The notes under the pieces: generated by a model
The model's input: the letters and a program-made list of their open reading frames with translations, nothing else
What the model was told of the DNA's origin: nothing
Database searches by the model: none
Source: Pseudomonadota bacterium
GTDB taxonomy: Bacteria; Bdellovibrionota_B; Oligoflexia; Oligoflexales; RGVZ01
NCBI GenBank assembly: GCA_041178085.1
Contig: JBEGVZ010000127.1
Location: forward strand, 1-22,070
DNA length: 22,070 nucleotides
Reading direction: 5' to 3'
In this document: positions 17,981 to 22,070 of the stretch, piece by piece
How positions within the stretch are numbered: the first letter of the stretch is position 1
Layout: each line of letters starts with the position of its first letter
Position numbers and translations under genes: made by a program

Positions 17981-18017
17981 AAAAAAGGAAGCGGGGACTG
18001 GTTGGTCCAGTCCCCGC
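17981..18017 (-). terminator. Rho-independent terminator of the folE operon
   Basis: 11-bp perfect stem GCGGGGACTGG/CCAGTCCCCGC (17991-18017) with a 5-nt loop, followed on the minus strand by TTCCTTTTTT; about 30 nt after the stop at 18047. Confidence 0.88.
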
Positions 18018-18046
18018 GATCCGGTGGGCCCTGATCAATGACCAGG

Positions 18047-18592
18047 TCAGCTGCCGATATCTACGCCGAACCAAAATCCGCCGGCATGCCGCCAGTCGTC
18101 CTCTTTGCCAGAGTCGTCCTCAAGGTCCGATACGAAAGCATCGACGTTTTGTGTTCCTGTGAGTTGCGCCAACTCTTCCGTCTGGTAAACCTTGGAGAAA
18201 ACGTCTCCCCAGTATTTTGCTGCGTTCGAGCCGCGCAGATAGGAACCGCGATAAACGGCAGCCGTATTTTCCGGCGCACCGGGCGGGTTCAAAAAAACGA
18301 CATAAAATACAGAGCGTCCCTGTTTGCGCACGGTTTTGAAGCCGTGGGCTTTGAGCTCAAGGTTGGCACCGCGCAGGATGACATCGCCCTGGCCACGTGC
18401 CGGGACTTCAAGGGTGACGTCGCGCTTGACCAGCTCGCCTGACGGCATCTTGTAGAATACGCCACCGGCGGCAGTCACGCTGCCAGCAGAGTCAGCAAGG
18501 GCTGGCATGGCCAGGGAAAGGCCAGCGCTGACAGCTAAAACCCTCGCAGCAACTTTGAGAACGTTTGAAACCGACACAGAATGCGTGCTCAT
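18047..18592 (-). CDS. Secreted beta-rich hypothetical protein (181 aa), translationally coupled to folE
   Basis: Sec signal ending 'AMPALA-DS'; ATGA overlap with the folE stop; aromatic-rich alternating strands. Confidence 0.75.
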   Translation of the reverse strand: MSTHSVSVSNVLKVAARVLAVSAGLSLAMPALADSAGSVTAAGGVFYKMPSGELVKRDVTLEVPARGQGDVILRGANLELKAHGFKTVRKQGRSVFYVVFLNPPGAPENTAAVYRGSYLRGSNAAKYWGDVFSKVYQTEELAQLTGTQNVDAFVSDLEDDSGKEDDWRHAGGFWFGVDIGS

Positions 18593-19239
18593 GATCTCGC
18601 CTCCTTGGTGATCGATGCCAGGATTCGTTGTTGTTCCACCGGGTTCAGGTTGTCCAGACCCCGGAAAATCTCCGACACGGTATCAGATTGCTGCTTCTCC
18701 ACGCCGCGCATCATCATGCACATGTGCTGAGCTTCTATCCGCACCGCAACGGCTCGAGGCTCAATTGCCTCAACGATGGCATCTGCAATTTGTGTGGTGA
18801 TTCGCTCCTGGACTTGAAGTCGCCGTGCGAACACTTCCACAATGCGGGGGATTTTAGACAGGCCAAGGATCTTTTTTCCGGGATAGTAGGAGACGGTCGC
18901 CCGACCCCAAAACGGCAGCATGTGGTGCTCACACAGGCTAAAGAATTCGACCTCGCGGACGGTGACCAGACCTGAGCCCTCGGCGTCGAACACTCCCTTG
19001 CCGATGACCCCGGCTACGGTCTTCGAGTAGCCACCCAGGATGTGGCCCATGGCCTTGGCAAACCGTTCCGGTGTGCGGCGAACGCCGTCACGGTCAGGAT
19101 TGTCGCCAGAGGATCGCAGGATGATTTCGCCGGCTTTGGTCATCCCGTCCTGGTCGAAACCGCGGGGTATTTTTTTCGGCCCCGGGGAAAGATGGCCGGT
19201 CAGTTCGTAAACGCTTGGTTGGTGGTCCAGGTCGAGCAC
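18589..19239 (-). CDS. folE: GTP cyclohydrolase I
   Basis: '[10 protein letters not shown]', '[10 protein letters not shown]', 'GLSKIPR', '[10 protein letters not shown]', 'HMCMMMRGV'; GAGGAG upstream of the GTG start. Confidence 0.97.
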   Translation of the reverse strand: MLDLDHQPSVYELTGHLSPGPKKIPRGFDQDGMTKAGEIILRSSGDNPDRDGVRRTPERFAKAMGHILGGYSKTVAGVIGKGVFDAEGSGLVTVREVEFFSLCEHHMLPFWGRATVSYYPGKKILGLSKIPRIVEVFARRLQVQERITTQIADAIVEAIEPRAVAVRIEAQHMCMMMRGVEKQQSDTVSEIFRGLDNLNPVEQQRILASITKEARS

Positions 19240-19296
19240 GGGAGTCTCCTCTTCCGGGTCGTTCGATAGGCGGCACTCTATCTCATTGCCCTTTTT

Positions 19297-19400
19297 TGTC
19301 CAGAGAATGTCTCGAATTTGTTAAAATTTGTTAGACAAGAGTCTGTTTTGGGCATACTTAGTTTACGTGGTGTCTAATATTGTGTCTACTAAGTTAGACA
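19297..19400. promoter_or_regulatory. Putative CarH/LitR operator array (TnnACA-type hexamers)
   Basis: TGTCCA (19297), TGTCTC (19308) and TGTTAA (19319) are in 11-bp phase. Further copies: TGTTAG (19329), TAGACA (19332), TGTCTA (19371, 19383), TAGACA (19395). GTTAGACA is repeated at 19330 and 19393. Confidence 0.7.
19360..19388 (-). promoter_or_regulatory. Sigma70-type promoter for folE
   Basis: Minus strand TAGACA (19388-19383), 17 nt, TAAACT (19365-19360). Confidence 0.6.
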
Positions 19401-19416
19401 GGAAGAGGTCGAACCC

Positions 19417-20436
19417 ATGGAACAGTTCAACATCAAGGCGGTGGTCAAGTACTCCGGAATAAACGCCCACACCCTCAGGGCTTGGGAGCGCCGGTACGGA
19501 GTCATCAAGCCAGCCCGCGAGGGCAACGGCCGCCGAATGTATTCTCCAGCCGAAGCCGAGCGTCTGAAGATGCTCGCCCATCTGGTTGGCCTTGGACACG
19601 CCATCGGCAACCTGTCCCGCCTGTCGGATAGCGAGCTCAGGGCGCTGTATCGAAGATCGGCTTACAGCCCCAAGGGTGAAGAAACTCGCGACGCGGAGGG
19701 GGCAACCGGTCGCCCACTCAAGCTCGTTACCACCCCCGAAGATATCTCCCGTAGCTGCAAGAAGGTTCTGGACATCCTGTCGAACTTTGAACTGGAAAAG
19801 CTGCACGTGGAGCTGGAACGCGCCAAAGCCCAGCACAGCGTCCGGTCCTTCGTCCTGGACGTCGTTTTGCCGCTGGTCGTCCTGGTCGGGGATTTGGTCC
19901 TTGCCGGACGCATGTCAATTGCGCAGGAACATGCGCTGTCAGCGATCCTGAGAGTCCAGCTTGGGGAGATCGTTGGATCCTTGCGCCGGGGCCCGGAAAA
20001 CCACCAGGACGGTCAGCCCGTGAGGCGCCCTTTCTCGGTGGTCATGGCGACCCAGGACGGTGACCTTCACGAGTTCGGGATTTTGATGTCCGCGGTGCTT
20101 TGCGCTGCCAGTGGCGTCCAGTGCCACTATCTGGGTGCCAACTTGCCTGCCCGCCCCCTCGCGGAGGCGGCGGCCATTCTGCGTGCAGATGCGGTCCTGG
20201 TCGGACGCACGACCGTGCTTGAGCGCCGGATGAAGGGGTCGGACCAGATCGACTACCTGCGCGATCTTCACGCCAACATGCCGGAAGGAATCCGGATCTG
20301 GGTTGGTGGCGGGCTTGAATGCGAGCTCAGCCAAGTGACAGCGGGTGACGCGGGGCGTGAGGTCAGGTATATGCGAAGTTTGCAGGAACTTGACGCACAT
20401 CTTCAGGAAATCACACGTGACCGATTCGACGCCTGA
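19417..20436 (+). CDS. MerR-family regulator with B12-binding domains (CarH/LitR-like)
   Basis: N-terminal 'HTLRAWERRYG…R…RRMYS' HTH; four-helix bundle 'VGDLVLAGRMSIAQEHALS'; Rossmann region 'GDLHEFG…YLGANLP…WVGG'. Confidence 0.9.
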   Translation: MEQFNIKAVVKYSGINAHTLRAWERRYGVIKPAREGNGRRMYSPAEAERLKMLAHLVGLGHAIGNLSRLSDSELRALYRRSAYSPKGEETRDAEGATGRPLKLVTTPEDISRSCKKVLDILSNFELEKLHVELERAKAQHSVRSFVLDVVLPLVVLVGDLVLAGRMSIAQEHALSAILRVQLGEIVGSLRRGPENHQDGQPVRRPFSVVMATQDGDLHEFGILMSAVLCAASGVQCHYLGANLPARPLAEAAAILRADAVLVGRTTVLERRMKGSDQIDYLRDLHANMPEGIRIWVGGGLECELSQVTAGDAGREVRYMRSLQELDAHLQEITRDRFDA

Positions 20437-20755
20437 TCTTCGCCTCGATGCCCATTTGTTTATTTGTACCAACACGAAGCAGACGGGTGCTTCCTGTGGG
20501 GCAAAAGGTTCTGCTGCCTTGCGTGATCAGTTAAAAGATTGGGCGGCCAAGGACCACCCGGAATGGCGTGGCCGCGTCCGTGTCAATGCGGCGGGTTGCC
20601 TGGGCCAGTGTGCGCGTGGCATTGCAGCAGTCGTATACCCTCAGGCCGAGTGGTTCACAGGTTTGACGCAGGACGATGGTCCCCGCATGAAGGGCGTTCT
20701 TGAAGGTGTCATGAAAGATATCGCGGAACCCTCAACTCAGCGGAAGTCGTTCTGA
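20417..20755 (+). CDS. Thioredoxin-like [2Fe-2S] ferredoxin (112 aa)
   Basis: 'HLFICTN…SCGAKGS…RVNAAGCLGQC…VVYP' with four Cys ligands; GTG 20417 after AGGA, overlapping the regulator stop. Confidence 0.88.
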   Translation: MTDSTPDLRLDAHLFICTNTKQTGASCGAKGSAALRDQLKDWAAKDHPEWRGRVRVNAAGCLGQCARGIAAVVYPQAEWFTGLTQDDGPRMKGVLEGVMKDIAEPSTQRKSF

Positions 20756-21789
20756 TGGGCGCGGATCACTGGCACTCCTCACGCACCGACATTTTCCTTC
20801 TCCACTTTGGCGGACCGACTTCTGGTGCCGAAGTTGAACCTTTCCTGACCGAACTTTTTGAAGATCCATTCATCTTGCGCATGCTGTTGCCAGACGCCAT
20901 CCGCCGTATGATCGGCCGCATCATTGCGCGCAGGCGCGTTCCCAAAGCTGATGGCCAGTACAAAGCGATCGGCTATTCCCCGATCAACCGGTTCACGGAG
21001 GCCCAAGCGCGGCATCTGGAATCCACCATGCGTGAAATCAGGCCGGACACTCACGTCCATGTGATCAACCGTTATACAGCGCCGCGGGCTGCAGATGTGG
21101 TCCGGCGGTTCGATCCGAATCGCCCCGGGCGTCTCTTTTTGTTGACGCTTTATCCGCATTTTTCACACGCCACGGCTGGCAGCTCGATGTTTGATTTCGA
21201 CCGCGCGTGGCGCATGTATTCCGGGTCTGACCATCCAGCAATGACGCGCATTGCGTCATGGTGGTTCCAAAAGGATTACCTTGAGTATTCGTGGCAGTTG
21301 CTGCGCGAATCTTTGCAGGCGGCATTGGATCAGGCAAGAAACGGCAGCAATCCGCGGGAACGGCGTGTCACGGTTTTGTTCTCGGCCCATGGCTTGCCGG
21401 TCAAGTACTTGCGCCGTGGAGATCCCTACCCGCATGAGATCCGCGCACACTTTGCCGAGTTAAAGGCCCGTGCAGCAGCGGCCTTTCCCGGGGAAGCAGA
21501 TATCTCATTCGAGCTGTCTTTCCAGTCCCGCGTCGGACCCGTCGAGTGGTTGAAACCTTACACGGAAGACATGATTGCCCAGCTTGGCCGCGACCGTGGT
21601 GGTCATCTGGTGATGGTGCCTGTCAGTTTCGTTTCGGATCATATCGAGACGCTTTATGAAATGGATGTGACTTACAAACAGCTAGCGATCTTGTCCGGAT
21701 TCAACGGATGGCACAGGGTCCGGATGCCCAATGACGACATTCGCCTTGCGCATTGCCTGCGTCAGACTTTGCTGCATCACGGATTCTAG
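20755..21789 (+). CDS. hemH: Ferrochelatase
   Basis: 'LLHFGGP', 'LYPHFS', 'LFSAHGLP', 'GDPY', 'FQSRVGPVEWLKPYT', 'SFVSDHIETLYEMD'. Confidence 0.95.
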   Translation: MGADHWHSSRTDIFLLHFGGPTSGAEVEPFLTELFEDPFILRMLLPDAIRRMIGRIIARRRVPKADGQYKAIGYSPINRFTEAQARHLESTMREIRPDTHVHVINRYTAPRAADVVRRFDPNRPGRLFLLTLYPHFSHATAGSSMFDFDRAWRMYSGSDHPAMTRIASWWFQKDYLEYSWQLLRESLQAALDQARNGSNPRERRVTVLFSAHGLPVKYLRRGDPYPHEIRAHFAELKARAAAAFPGEADISFELSFQSRVGPVEWLKPYTEDMIAQLGRDRGGHLVMVPVSFVSDHIETLYEMDVTYKQLAILSGFNGWHRVRMPNDDIRLAHCLRQTLLHHGF

Positions 21790-21928
21790 GATTCCACTTC
21801 ATCTGTATTGAGCTCATTTTAGAGCGCCATAATTTGACCTTATATCGATATCTATGAGACCATTTTGGTAGTTCTGATTTAAATATTTTTGTTTCGTAAT
21901 AAAAACCTGAGTACAAAGGGACGGTGGC

Positions 21929-22070
21929 ATGACAGAGCTGACATCGGCACAATTTTATCTGGTCTATAACGTGTTTTCTTTCACCATTGCGAGCATGGGT
22001 GCTGCCTTTATTTTTTTCCTGGCAGGCCGTTCGCAAGTAGCCCCGAAGTATCGTGGCGCGTTGCTGGTCT
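21929..22070 (+). CDS. Microbial rhodopsin, xanthorhodopsin/Gloeobacter-rhodopsin-like (first 47 codons; runs off the window end)
   Basis: Manual translation MTELTSAQFYLVYNVFSFTIASMGAAFIFFLAGRSQVAPKYRGALLV matches helix A and the A-B loop of the xanthorhodopsin group (LTxxQYxLVxNxFSFTxAxM…FF…RxxVAPKYR). SD-like AAGGGA at 21916-21921. Not present in the ORF track. Confidence 0.88.
   Translation, partial: MTELTSAQFYLVYNVFSFTIASMGAAFIFFLAGRSQVAPKYRGALLV

Noticed and set aside
19240..19416. Cobalamin or THF riboswitch near folE or the B12 regulator
   Set aside because: No B12-box or other aptamer consensus seen; the region is explained by promoter and operator repeats.
21701..22036. 111-aa minus-strand ORF in the track
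   Set aside because: Antisense to the hemH 3' end and to the rhodopsin start; no recognisable motif.

Overview
GC-rich bacterial chromosomal window; gene content loosely suggests Bdellovibrionota/Oligoflexia or a deltaproteobacterial relative (inference only). From left to right: (1) the end of a flagellar operon, fliF(partial)-fliH-fliI-fliJ-motE/flbB-like, with no fliG and an unusually long FliH; (2) lgt and a divergent ~839-aa hypothetical protein; (3) a predicted lipoprotein HNH nuclease whose leader carries a guanine-type purine riboswitch, with the P1 stem covering the ribosome-binding site; (4) several envelope/hypothetical genes, a CBS protein, an FAD-dependent oxidoreductase and pdxH; (5) a translationally coupled minus-strand operon encoding a degenerate M50-like membrane protein with two cNMP-binding domains, a GspG-like protein with no prepilin leader, and a GPH-family MFS transporter; (6) an apparent light-response locus, with folE plus a secreted protein divergent from a CarH/LitR-type MerR-B12 regulator, a thioredoxin-like [2Fe-2S] ferredoxin and hemH, and 11-bp-phased operator-like repeats between them. 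The last 142 bp encode the N-terminus of a xanthorhodopsin-like microbial rhodopsin that the ORF track missed. No rRNA, tRNA, CRISPR array or mobile element was seen.
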